A stretch of DNA of 64,000 nucleotides from Chrysomallon squamiferum (taxonomy: Eukaryota; Animalia; Mollusca): positions 9,548,001-9,612,000 of the forward strand of contig CM022676.1 of NCBI GenBank assembly GCA_012295275.1. Reading direction: 5' to 3'. Shown here piece after piece: positions 47,546 through 60,320 of the stretch. Positions within the stretch are counted from its first letter, which is position 1; each line of letters starts with the position of its first letter. The notes below the pieces were generated by a model. The model was not told where the DNA came from, did no database searches, and was given only the letters and a program-made list of their open reading frames with translations. A program made the position numbers and the translations under genes.

Positions 47546-47700
47546 GTCAGTGTCACTGTCAAATTTATCTTATGACGATTGTTATTTTTCATTTTTTTTT
47601 AAAGTTTAAATTTATAATTATTTTGGTTTATTAAACAATTCTTTTTATAGTATAATTATCTTTAAAAAGACAACAACAACAAAAACTAAATTAATAAATA

Positions 47701-47738
<38 letters not shown>

Positions 47739-48120
47739 AATTTTTGGCATAATTGTAAATATAATTTTATTTTACACTGAGAATAACTAATCATGATAAA
47801 TCATTTATAGAAACTTATATTTATTTTAACATTCATCCATATGTCTGCTTTCTGTTTATAATATTACGAAAATAATGTGTATTTCTGCTAAAATTCGTAA
47901 AATATATTAATTTAATTGATTGTTTTTGTTGATGAGATACCATATTTATCTACAATGTCTACTGAGTTTATTAAATAAAAGTAGTCATTATTCTCATGTA
48001 TTTGTCAATGTGATATGGTTATTCAGTCCTTTGATTAAACTGGTGATTACATGTCATTGTACATAAATACATACATCTGTATATAATTATACCCACATAC
48101 ACACATATAAACATATGTAC

Positions 48121-48151
<31 letters not shown>

Positions 48152-48410
48152 AACATACATACAAACAAACATACATACATACACTCAGACACACATAGAA
48201 CCATAGGGGTGGTGTTCCTGTACACATTTACATATATAACAACAAATATATATTATATCAAAGAAGCTGGCCAATACAGTTCCAGCAACAACAACAACAA
48301 CAAGAACAACAACAACATATGCTCCTGCTAAAATAACTACACAAACATGACCAAAACATCCACGATTAACAATAAAACAACAAATTTTAAAACAATCTGC
48401 TTTCATTCAG

Positions 48411-48815
48411 ACTGGAGATACTCTATCTTGGTGGAAATCGTCTGACAGAAATCCCAGCAGAAGTGGGCCACCTACATCGACTTACCTCCCTTGTTCTGTG
48501 CGACAATCAACTTCAGAGCCTTCCACCAACTCTAATCAACCTTCGCAGACTGCGCTCGCTCAATCTTCCATAACAACCAGCTTTCGACACTCCCGCCGGA
48601 AATCGTGGCTCTCGATCTCGTCGAGCTGAGCCTTCGAAACAACCCTCTCGTCGTTCGCTTCGTGGAAGATCTTGTGTATGTTCCTCCCACTCTTCTGGAG
48701 CTCGCAGGTCGGTGCGTGAAGATCAACCGAGTGAAGTACTGTCGTGTCGATTTACCTCAGAACCTGGTTCATTACCTGCAGTCAGCTCAGAGGTGTGTTA
48801 ACCCAAAGTGCAAAG
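48411..48815 (+). CDS. LRRC58: LRRC58 coding exon 2 (contains a +1 frame disruption at 48565-48573)
   Basis: Acceptor TTTCATTCAG|. It reads RLEILYLGGNRLTEIPAEVGHLHRLTSLVLCDNQLQSLPPTLINLRRLRSLNL, then continues in the +1 frame as HNNQLSTLPPEIVALDLVELSLRNNPLVVRFVEDLVYVPPTLLELAGRCVK...CVNPKCK. Donor G|GTAAG. This matches the LRRC58 motifs as I recall them (LRSLSLHNN, NPLVVRFV, PPTLLELA). Confidence 0.93.
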
Positions 48816-49415
48816 GTAAGAAATTTTTGTATATAATTGTTAAGATGATAGTAATAATAATAATAATAGCAGTAACAGTAGTAAAGTTTTTGGTATGTAT
48901 GGATGTATGTGTTTGTACATACATATTGAAAACGTTACTACTGTTACTGCTGTTACTGTTATATTTTTTGTTTTCAATTTGAAAGTTAGTTAAACTTTTT
49001 TATCTTGAAGTATATATATATATATATATTGAATACATACATACCTATGCAGACATCTACACACACACACACACACAATCACATATATAATATATATATC
49101 TATATATATATAGACATACATACAGACATACCTACACACACATACATACCTACATATGCACATATACACACACACATACATACACACACACATACATGCA
49201 TGTTTATTCACACGCATACATACATACCTATGCACACATCTATACACATCTACACACACACACACACACACACAAAATAATTAATTTTAAGAAACCCAGC
49301 TCACAAAATAAATAAAATAAAGAACTGAAAAAATATAATAAATAAGAAGCTTCATATTCAGTTACACAGTAATTTGAATGTGTTTGCAGATTATAATAAT
49401 ATATAGCAAGACTTA

Positions 49416-49519
<104 letters not shown>

Positions 49520-49757
49520 AGTTTCATTGCTTTGGTCTTTAATATTTTTTCAGTTATTTGGGTAATGGATAGACATATACATTTGTACATATATACACAT
49601 ACTCAAAGACCAAAGCAGATAGACATGTGTTTTAAAAAAAAAAAAAAAAAAAAATAAAATAAAATAAAATAAAATGAAATGAAATGAAATGAAATGAAAT
49701 ATATATTGCTGTTATCCATATGGTACAGAAAATGTTTATTTTTAATCTGTTTTCCAG

Positions 49758-49954
49758 GAGTTTATTTCACTTCTCGTATAGAACACGTCAAATTTGTTGA
49801 CTTCTGCGGCAAGTACCGTCTGCCGTTGTTACAGTATCTGTGTTCCCCAAAGTGTACAACGTCGCTGCCGATGGTCATGTCAAATGCTAGCGACAGCGAG
49901 ACTGATGAAGAGGATGGAGCAAGAGAAAGAATGAGACGTGTGTTGCTTGGTTAG
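49758..49954 (+). CDS. LRRC58: LRRC58 coding exon 3 (terminal)
   Basis: Acceptor TTTTCCAG|, phase 1. GVYFTSRIEHVKFVDFCGKYRLPLLQYLCSPKC...RMRRVLLG* contains the characteristic KFVDFCGKYRLPL motif and VLLG terminus. The full protein is 354 aa if the extra base is skipped. Confidence 0.95.
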
Positions 49955-50070
49955 CAAGGGAGATAATCAGGGGAAGATAATTCAAGGGAAGATAATTCAA
50001 GATAAGGCAATCTAGTGGAGGAAATTCAGGAGGAGACAACTCAAAGGGAGATAATCCAAAGGCAAAAACT
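49955..50070 (+). repeat. About 16-bp degenerate tandem repeat (CAAGGGAGATAATT-like) directly after the LRRC58 stop
   Basis: About 6-7 variants between 49955 and 50070. Confidence 0.8.
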
Positions 50071-51552
50071 CTTTATGGCAGTGCAGTTTAAAATTTTATA
50101 TACTTCTTTTTTTTTGGTTGTTTTTGTTAAAGATTGATTATTTTAAATAACAGCAGGATCTGTAATTAACATAAATACTTAGTTATTAAAATTGTTTAAA
50201 TATAAATTTACTTACTGCAAAAGTTATTACATTTTTTAATGATGAAAATTCATTTTTGATTTTTCTTGCATGTGATGGATTATATGCTTTGTACAGTCTA
50301 GATTTAGGCCTTGTATAAAAAAATATTTGGTTTTCATTTGTAAAAAGTGATATATGGATATGTGGCATTAGTTTCATAGAAATATATTTTGTATAAAAAT
50401 ATTACAGACTGTAGGCTTGGAAAAAGTGCTGTTTAGTTTTAGGTTTAGAATATTATGGTTTTTGGTTTCGAATTGAACAAAATTATTTTTATTTTTTAGG
50501 ATAGATGACAAAAGAATAATTGTTTATATTGAATTACAATAAAGAAAATATCTGAAATATATTACCTATTAATACATTTAAAAGGAAATAAGTAAAAAAA
50601 TCTGGATTTTTGTGTGTGTATATATTTCCATACATAATGATACCATGAATTATTTTAATCATTTCTTTTCCCCTTTTGGCAGAAACCTTAGTCATTTTGT
50701 TTAGGTTTGGACAAAAAACGAAAGATTTAAATTCAATAGTTAATGTTTGTGCCATTAGGTTTTCTTATTTTAAAATTAATAATTTCAGCTTTCGGTAAGT
50801 TTTTAATAAATACATTAAAAAGAATTGTTATGTGAACTTGTGGCAGGTTTTTCAATATGTTTTTAAAGTGACTGAGATTTTTAAAATAATTTTTATATCT
50901 TTGTTATGCAGTACACTTACATATAAAACATACTGAAAAACAATAAAATATTAGTTAAAATATATATATATATATATACTTCAAGATAAAAAGTTAACTA
51001 ACTTTCAAACTGAAAATAAAATTTTATCAAGTTTTTATTAAATTACACATTGTTAAGTATGATAAAACTTTTAACATTGTTTTCTGACTTGATGATAGAT
51101 TATAAGATAAAACCTGTTATGTCCTTGATAATATAAATTGTTCTGGCAAAAAAAAAATTAAAAAAAAAAATTATATCTATATAATTCCCTCTCTTGTATG
51201 CGCAACACACACGCACATGCACATATATAGGTCTATCTATAATCTATCTGTCTGTATATCTCTATATGCACACTCACACACACACACACAAACACTGTGT
51301 TTAATTATTTTTATCAAATTGGTGACATGATCTTTTTTATATTCTCCCCTTTTTATTGTTATCCAATAAAACAAACTGCTGTATTACAAAATGTCAGAGT
51401 TTTTAAAAACTGAAAGATAAATTACTTCCTTTTTACTATAGCCAGGTCAGAAGTTATAAAGGCTGCAATGCATTATTTCAGTATTCAGGCTGGTATTAAT
51501 AATAATGGTAAAAACAATAGCGCAATTCAAATGCTGATCTCATAATTATCAC

Positions 51553-51604
<52 letters not shown>

Positions 51605-52237
51605 AGTATTTATATACGTATATTCATTTATATCCAACACAAACACACACACACACACATGAATATATATACCCAGAATATTACATTTTAAGCCCATTTT
51701 TATTACAGCTAAAAGGTATACAGTGACTATTATAACAAATATATATATTATTTTTAAGACCACTATAATACAAATATTAATACTGTTACATATATTATTA
51801 TACTAATTAATTATACTAATTAATTTATATAAATTGTAAAACTTAAATTAAACAGAATATAACTATTATAACTAACTGTACATTATTTTTAAAATGGTAT
51901 TATAATATGGTGTTGCATTTATTATTATATTAATACTATGATTATAATGATATATAAATTCTATAAGTACAGTATTTTATTTAAACTGGTAAGATATAAT
52001 ATATTACATACTGTCAGTACTAATCTCTATCTACAGTATATTACATACTAATAATATTGTATTAGTTACAGATAGAATATGTAGCTTTCAGACTACTGAG
52101 GTATTCAGCTTTAAATTTTATATAAAAACAAAATATCCTAATTTAATACTAAAATCAACACAAGTACAGTGAAAACGTCATAGCACCTTCTTAAGGCATT
52201 ATTTGTTTATATATAAATATATATACACACATGTGTG

Positions 52238-52319
<82 letters not shown>

Positions 52320-52769
52320 TCCACACAGAGAGAGAGCTTTAAGATCATAGAAATAGACTTTCTTTTAAGAACATAAAAATGTGGCATTTTAAGTTTATTT
52401 GTTAATAACATGAATATTCAATTCAGATATTTTTAAGTATGTACATGTATCTTTATATATTTTATGTCTTTAAACCATGCAAGTGTAAAAATTTTAATAA
52501 ATATTCAATATGCTATTTTTTTAATTTCAAACAGTTATTATGTTAATGACCGTGCAGTAAGCAGTTTTTAAGTCCTATTTTTTATTTAAATTTTTTTTCT
52601 TTTCATTAATTACCAATATTTTAAAACTATACTGATTTTAAGATGATATTAAAAAAATATCTTTTAAGACCACAGTATCCAGCTTACAATATCAATGATT
52701 ATATAATTGTTGATTTTTTTTTCTTCACATTAAACAGTTCAGAACATGCAAAATAAAGTTTCAAAAACC

Positions 52770-53345
52770 ATATAGAATCTAGATTATCTGGAATTTAATA
52801 CCATGTAGCATCTAGAATTAAAAACCATACCGTATCTAGATCCTAAAACCATATTCTAGACTATAAGCCTTGTGATAACAAGATTTTAAGACAATATATC
52901 TAAATCATAAGACCATGTTATTTAGGTTGTTACACCATAACATGTCTAGATTTTAAGACCATCTTGTATCTAGATTTTAAAATCATATTGTATCTAGAGT
53001 ACCTGTTGTATCCAGGTTATAAGACCATGTAGTATCTAGGTGTTTAAGACCATATATCCAGATTATAAAGCCATTTAGTTTCTTGGTTTTTAAAACTGTA
53101 GTATCTAGAATTAAAGAGAGCGGTATCTAGATTTAAGATAAATGGTATCTAGATTCTAAAACCACATGGTATCTAGATTTTAAGACCATGTAGTGACTAA
53201 ATTTAAATTGTAAAACCGTTAGTAGGATTTAAATTTTTAACACCATATAATGTTTGGATTATGAAATAACGTGTGGTATCTGCATTATGTATCTGGATTA
53301 TTTGACCTATAATAAAGGTATCTAAGATTTAGAACAGTATCTAGA
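52770..53345. repeat. Degenerate minisatellite of about 25-30 bp (GTATCTAGATTTTAAGACCAT core)
   Basis: The core recurs many times with substitutions. Confidence 0.85.
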
Positions 53346-54768
53346 ATATACAACAGGAGAGTAATTGTTATTTTGGTGTATTATAAGTCATACTGGTGTA
53401 TTGTGTTATAAACATGCTCTACTTTCTACGTCAGGTCAAATAGTATGTAGATTTTTAAAAAAGTTTAAGTATATAATACTATGGCCAAAGATTATGATAT
53501 GATGACCAAAAAAAAAAAAAAAAAAGATTATCATATAATGGTAAAAAAATGATCATATTATGTCCACATTTTATCATTTTGTGATCAAAAATTTCTCCCA
53601 CCCCCCAAAAACAAAAATTATCCGGTTTAAATTTGCCTTCAAAAGGTTTAGCAGTTCAATATGCATTTATTAAACATTAAATTTTAAATTGTACAGTTAA
53701 TGCCCATGATAGGCAGGCTTGAACAATTAAAATGATTTACCATTTTGTGTAACACAGATGGAAAATAATCACATTGGGAATTTTCATATAAACAGATTTG
53801 TCTTCGAGGTTAGGCTTAAATGCCCGACAGAAAGATTGAATATTAATTTGAATAGTAATTTTATGTATATTATTATTGTATTTTAATTATGCCAAAAAAA
53901 AAAAAAAAAAACACTTCATTAAAAAATATGTCTGTGTTAAGCAGTCATCATAGAGTATGAGAATGTGGCCTTTATAGAAAGGTGGTTGCTTAACAGAGGT
54001 GAATTTTTATTACTGATTTGATACAATGAAAGTATGGTCTTCATAGAAAGACAGATCAACGTATATGAAATTTGATCTTGTGTTTTTTATTTGTTTTTAT
54101 TTGTTGCATTTTTGTTTTCTTTGGTAATGGGTTGTTAAGTGTCATTTCAATGAATTATGGTTAAAAAATAAAATGTTATTAGTTCAAAGGAGAGAATGTT
54201 ATAGTGCTATTAATCGTAATACTTGTATTAATGGGTGTAACCTTTTTTAATGTTAGTTTTTACTTTGTATAATGTAATGTGTTTGGATCATAATTGTAGT
54301 GTTGTTATTTTTAAAAAAAATTTTTTTTTTTTTTTTTTTTTTTTTGTGTGTGTTTTTGTTACAGAAATGATATGAGAATTAATTGCATGGGATTTGAAAG
54401 GTTCCAGTTCACTCAACACACACACACACACAGACACACATACACACACCAGTACTATAAAACCATTACACTTCCATATTTCTTTTCATTCATTTCTGAA
54501 AATAAAATTGTCTGTTGTACTTATTAACATTTCAACTTTTTGTACCCCCCAAAAAAAATATTTGTTTGTTTTTGGAATGAAAATGAAATATTTCTGTTAC
54601 TTCATTTTTTATTTATCTAGTATACAAAGAAGATTGTTTACTACACAAAAGATAAAATAATTAGTTTGGTGATAAATGATTGATACACAAACAAGATGGA
54701 AGTTTCCATGCTCAGAAAATGTTACATAAAATCTAATCTATTCATATTTTTACTCTTTTTTTTTAACC

Positions 54769-54810
<42 letters not shown>

Positions 54811-56710
54811 TTGAAACTTATAATTGATGTACCTTCTAGATTAGAAAAATAAATAACTAGTCTCATATCTAGGGTAGATTCTAAATTTGGTTGCTAATGC
54901 TGAACAGTTGGTTACAGTCTCTAAAGCTTTACTTTAGGAATTTGAATTTTATTTATTTGCTATTTGTTATTGTTTTTTCGTTGTTTTTCTTTACTTTGTC
55001 AAAGTAGTTAAGTTTTCAAATACAAAAACAAGCAGGTATGCATGTTACTTAAATCGTGTTGCCACTGCCTAACATTTGGCATTAAACTGTTTGCCAGTTG
55101 ACCTACTTTTTCTCTATTGGTTATTATCTTGAGAGAACAACAGATTTTTAAAATACTAAATTCAATGTACTTTTTTTTTTTGGTTTGGAATTTTTCAATT
55201 TTATTTATTTATTTTATTATTATTTTTTTTATATGAAAATAAAAGTTAATGTTAGTTTGAACTATGACTTTTCTCATGTAAGAAGATAACCAAAGCAATA
55301 CCTTTTATATATTTCAACATTAAAACAAAAATTACCTGAACAGTAAACTTAAATTTTACAGATATGTCAGTAATCTTCCTAGACAAACTCAGGACTGATT
55401 GATTTTTATATTAAACATTTTTGAATTATATTATAAATTTTTGTATTTACGATTTTTAAATTCACCGATTGATTTCATATTAAATATTTTTAGAATTCAG
55501 AACTGATTATTTTTATAGCTAAAAGATTTTAAAATTCTGCGAATGATTTTAATGTTTAACATTTTGTAAAGTAAATTACGATTTAAATGTTGCATTTTTT
55601 AAAACCGTTTCGCACAAATAATCTATAAGGTAGCACAAACTGTATTTGAACTTGGACATTAATGTTCTTTTAACTGATTTTAGAAGTAATAAAAATTATA
55701 TATCTACATAACTTTCTTGTTGCTTGTTCTTTTCAAATTTAACCTTCATTTTGATTAATTACATATTTTTATATTAATAATTGTTTGATCTGTTATTACT
55801 CTTTATATTTTTACTGTTAGCAATATAAGACTTTCACCTTTTTCAATTTTGTTTAGTATAAGAGTAAATTAAACAAAATTTGTCAGTGTTTTTAATTGTG
55901 TGTAGAATGACATCTGATAGTTCAAATATACTTTTGATGACTGGAAGAAATAGTCTAAATGTATTCTTCAGACATCAGTGTAATGTTTTATTAGGTTTTT
56001 GCTGTCCAATCTTAATTAATAATAAAGCATAACAATTAAACAGTACCAAACAGTTCTGCTGTTTTTCTTTGTGACATTATTACATCTAGTACAAGTCTTT
56101 TCACTTTAAAGCAGACATTTTTGTCCCAAGGCTCAACTTTTTAATTTTCAAATAGAAATTGTTTCCCCCATCAGCATTGGAGACATTACAGTATAATCTG
56201 AACATGTATTAAAAAGCAGAGCCACAGCAATGTAACAATGCTGAACTGGTCAAGGACATGCCTCAATGGCAGACTGACTAACAAGGTCATAATGGAGCAA
56301 TTTTTTGGTATGAGTCTATGAAGCCTTAGATCCAGCTTCAAATGGCTGATAATTTTAAGTGCAAAGTTTTGAAAACAGTCGTATACTTCATTACTTCTGA
56401 ATCCTCAGGCTATCTACCAAGCCTCATCTTCAGAATCACTTCTTTAGATTTTGTTTCTTCTAGCGTTGTCAGAAAACAAACATACCAGTCTTATCACATA
56501 ATTTATAGTTTGATTTGTAAATGATAAAATGGTGGCTTTCAGATGGGTTTTTTAATAGCTGTATTTTATTGTCTGATTTTGGTAAGTTATTACAGCTGTC
56601 CCAAAACAATAAAAGAATAACTTGTAAGTATGAATAAATGTTATTATTCCATTTGTTCAGAGCTCTGCTGCTACACTTTAAAAACTGGAAAAGACATAGT
56701 AACAAAAAAT

Positions 56711-56972
56711 GGCTGGGAATACATAGGGCAATTTACCATTCCAACCACTGTCTCATCAAAGGTTTATCAGTGGCAGTGGTGTGTGTTTAAGATAAAAGGA
56801 ACAATAAATGGTTGGGAACACAAAGTAATTTACCATTCCAACCACTGTCTCATCAAAGGTTTATCAATGGCAGTGGTATGTGTATAAGATAAAAGGAACA
56901 ATAAATGGTTGGGAACACAAAGTAATTTACCATTCTAACCGGTATCTCATCAAAGGTTTATCAATGGCAGTA
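56711..56972. repeat. About 98-bp tandem triplication, possibly of a SINE body fragment
   Basis: Units start at 56711, 56810 and 56907 and share ATTTACCATTC(C/T)AACC..TCTCATCAAAGGTTTATCA.TGGCAGT. SINE origin is an unverified inference. Confidence 0.85.
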
Positions 56973-57623
56973 ATATAGGTGCTTTTGGTCAGTGAAATAT
57001 ATATATACATAGGATTCATAGCTGGTAGTTATTATTAATATTACTGGTAATTAATAAAATGTAAATTAATTTGATAATGATAGCATCTGATGTCTTGTCC
57101 AAAATGTTATAATTGCAACAGATAAATCAATAATAATACAGAAATTAAAAATTTTGATAAACATGTCTTTTGTGCATTTTTTAATTTGTTCTTTAATCAT
57201 GTATTAGCTCACTTTAGGTTTAAATGTCAAAAAAAAAATTCACTGCTGTAAAAAATTAATTTGAATTATTGCAGACAGTAATTGAATAAACAAGTAAAAA
57301 AAAATTGAATTTTGACAAAAATTTCTTTATTTTTATCAAGTTCTTTTTATTTGTTTATAATTGTCTACAAGGCTTGTTTTGATTTAAGCTTCAGAAGATC
57401 TACTGAAATACAAAAGTAAAATCTCTTGAATTTTATCAAAACACTATTATCTGTTAGCTTTGCTTAGTTTTAAACTTGAGAAGATCAAACACAGTACAAA
57501 ATGGATTCAAAATTTCTATTTTTAACAGACATCTTGTTAGGTTTAAACTTCAGACGACACCTTTATTTTCTTTCATTTTTCTTCTTCTTCTTCTTCTTCT
57601 TCTTCTGCTGTTGTTATTATCTG

Positions 57624-58261
57624 TTAGCTTTGTTTAGGTTTAAACTTTAGAAGACCAACTGGAATACAAAATGGATTCACTGTTAAAAGTTTAGGTTTAT
57701 TCAGTGCCTCTCTCTGCCATGAAATCTTTTTTTTGGGTGTGTCTGACTCTTCATCATCTGAACTCTTCCTCTTGCTTTCATTTGGAGTTACCTCCCTTGA
57801 ATCTGATGCACCAATCACATTTGAGGATTCTTCTTTATTTGTTGTTCTGTCGTTGGAGGTACATGCTGAATTATTTTCATCTACATTATTTGGAGTTAGT
57901 TCCCTTGATTCTGATATCCCACTAACCTCTGTGGTGTCTTCCATACTGACATGGTCTTTGGATGTAGTATGTGGTGAATTATTTTCATCTACATTATTTG
58001 GAGTTCTCTCCCTTGAGGATTCTTTAGTATTCATATTGTCTTTGGATGTACACTGCAAGTTATTTTCGACTCCATTTTTTGACTGATTTGTATCTGAAGT
58101 TTTCTCCGAATCTTTTTGAGTTTCGTTCGTGTTCATTGACTCTGCTTGTACAGCAAGATTATCTGAATCGGGATTAGAATTAGGATTATGCTGATTAGCA
58201 TTAACTGGATTTATTTTTCGCCTCTGGCCACGTGAATCCAGACCAAATTCTTCTGGAAAAT
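57624..58261 (-). CDS. SNAPC2: SNAPC2 (SNAP45)-like snRNA-activating complex subunit, terminal coding exon
   Basis: Acceptor TTTCTTCAG|, phase 1. DFPEEFG..., then a low-complexity linker, ending TVNPFCIPVGLLKFKPKQS*, which resembles the SNAPC2 C-terminal PLNPFLVPLELL motif. Confidence 0.68.
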
Positions 58262-59036
58262 CTGAAGAAAATGATAAAAAAAATGCACTTATAAAAATGG
58301 AACTTACAAGCAAAGAAATAAATTTAAACAAAGAAACAAAGTAATGAATAAAAAATAAACTTAAAAAAACAAGACACCCTGCCAGCTTTTTCATCAAAAA
58401 TCTGATGCAGGTTTACTATGTATGTTAACAATGGTATTTAATTTTCTTTTCTTATATTCTTGAAACGAGCTCACTTTTTCCTCTCAGTATAGATTTTCAC
58501 AATCTCTATCGTATATCAAAATAACACGAAAAAAAAAAAAAAATAAAAAAATTTAAAAATTAAAAAAAGCCTTTTTATATGTTCTAACAATCATGGTTTG
58601 TAAACTGCTGTATTTTCACTGGTAAAAGTTTGCTGAGAATAATTAAATGCAGTACTGACAGGAATTGAACTTGCAGCCTTCAGTGTCACAAAATTCTACA
58701 TCTAATATCAAAACCTAAAAAAAAAAAAAAAAAAAAATGTATTCTATGTTTTAACAATGTTGGCAACCTGCTATATATTTATTTCCATTGGTTAAAATTT
58801 ATTGAATGTGGACCATTAGATGCACCAAAGAGATTTAATCTTGAGGTCTACAGCTTCAGAGATGATAATCTCATATAATTTAAAAAAATTAATCTCTATT
58901 TTAATTATCTCTGACACCTGTTGAACATTTATTTTTGTCTGAGAAAAGTTTACGAATGTGGACCACTTAGTACATTGACAAGATTTGATCCTAAGACATC
59001 TAGCATAAAAGTCAATACTCTTGTGTCAAAACTTAC

Positions 59037-59207
59037 CATTTAAAAAAGCTTTATTCTGCATTTTGACGGTTTCGGGGACCTGGTTTATGTTTAGTTTAAG
59101 TTTCATCTGCGTGTACTTCCACCTCATAACCTTCTCTTTATCAACAGTGTCAGAGCTGTTGATCTTTTCTCTCATTCCATTCATCAGATCCAGCATGATA
59201 GCATTTT
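59037..59207 (-). CDS. SNAPC2: SNAPC2-like internal exon
   Basis: (TTC)n-CAG acceptor and G|GTAAGT donor, phases 1/1. ENAIMLDLMNGMREKINSSDTVDKEKVMRWKYTQMKL resembles ESAVVLDLLMSLPEEL of SNAPC2. Confidence 0.7.
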
Positions 59208-59498
59208 CTGAAGAAGAAGAAGAAGAAGAAGAAGGAGGAATAAATAAAAATAAGAAAAACAGAAAACAAAAAGACGGAAAAATAGAAAAACAAGTAGTAA
59301 CTAATGATACATAATAATAATAATAACAACAATACTACTACTACTAATAATAATAGAACCAAAAACCCCCAATAAAATTAAAAATCTTATAATTTCATTG
59401 ATAATAATAATAATAATAACAACAACAACAACACTACTACTACTAATAATAATAGAACCAATAACCCCCAACAAAATAAAAAATTTTATAGTTCATTG

Positions 59499-59530
<32 letters not shown>

Positions 59531-59640
59531 GATACACATTTTGTATGCATGTATACATATATTTATGGCTTTTTGTTTAATTTAATTTTTTATTATTATT
59601 ATTATGTTACATCATACGTAACGCACAAATATAATTATTA

Positions 59641-59680
<40 letters not shown>

Positions 59681-59715
59681 ATAAAAAAACAGTTTCTGAA
59701 TCAAACAGCACTCAC

Positions 59716-59848
59716 CAACTGGACTCAGGTCAGGGAGGTCGTTACCACGGAGAGCAGCATAGATATAGTGATATATTCTTTTGTAGTTGGGTTTCTTTGC
59801 ACTCGACGTTTCGTTTGTATGTTCATACTTTCCAGCCAGTTCCAGCAC
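59716..59848 (-). CDS. SNAPC2: SNAPC2-like internal exon
   Basis: TTTTTACAG acceptor and G|GTGAGT donor, phases 0/1. VLELAGKYE...PNYKRIYHYIYAALRGNDLPDLSPV resembles QVLTIAATE and VDFEKIYKYLSSVSRSGRSPELSAA of SNAPC2. Confidence 0.72.
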
Positions 59849-59980
59849 CTGTAAAAACCAGTGAGCAGAGTGTGAGTAAAGTGTGAGTAACATAAGATTC
59901 ACTCAAATCAGTCCTTAACTCACCATCTAGCACATTCCCTTTACCTCCTCCTTAGCCCACTCTCTAACAGAATTAGTAGT

Positions 59981-60320
59981 TAATTTATTACTAACTTGCT
60001 CACTACTTCATTTACTCATTAATTTATTACTAACTACTTCACTTACTCATTAATTTATTACTAACTTGCTCACTACTTCACTTACTCATTAATTTATTAC
60101 TAACTTGCTCACTACTTCACTTACTCATTCATTTATTACTAACTTGCTCACTACTTCACTTACTCATTAATTTATTACTAACTTGCTCACTACTTCACTT
60201 ACTCATTAATTTATTACTAACTTGCTCACTACTTCACTTACTCATTAATTTATTACTAACTTGCTCACTACTTCACTTACTCATTAATTTATTACTAACT
60301 TGCTCACTACTTCATTTAAT
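59981..60320. repeat. 39-bp minisatellite (TAATTTATTACTAACTTGCTCACTACTTCACTTACTCAT), about 9 copies
   Basis: Near-identical head-to-tail units, with a degenerate extension to about 60540. Confidence 0.95.

Noticed and set aside
47546-47609. Tail of the 175-aa ORF, and likewise 48816-48982, 49694-49757 and 58262-58397
   Set aside because: These are ORF run-on into introns beyond clear splice sites.
48540-48610. A micro-intron that would repair the LRRC58 frameshift
   Set aside because: The LRR consensus is continuous on both sides of the extra base and no GT..AG pair flanks it.
49952-49966. Stop-codon readthrough of LRRC58 (TAG CAA)
   Set aside because: The context is not CARYYA, an in-frame TAA follows within a few codons, and the VLLG terminus is the conserved end.
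55980-56030. Opposed poly(A) signals implying overlapping 3' ends of the two genes
   Set aside because: AATAAA is too frequent in this AT-rich DNA to call without 3'-end data.
56342-56887. Short ORFs between the two genes as extra coding exons
   Set aside because: They lie downstream of both stop codons, show no recognisable similarity, and one overlaps a tandem repeat.
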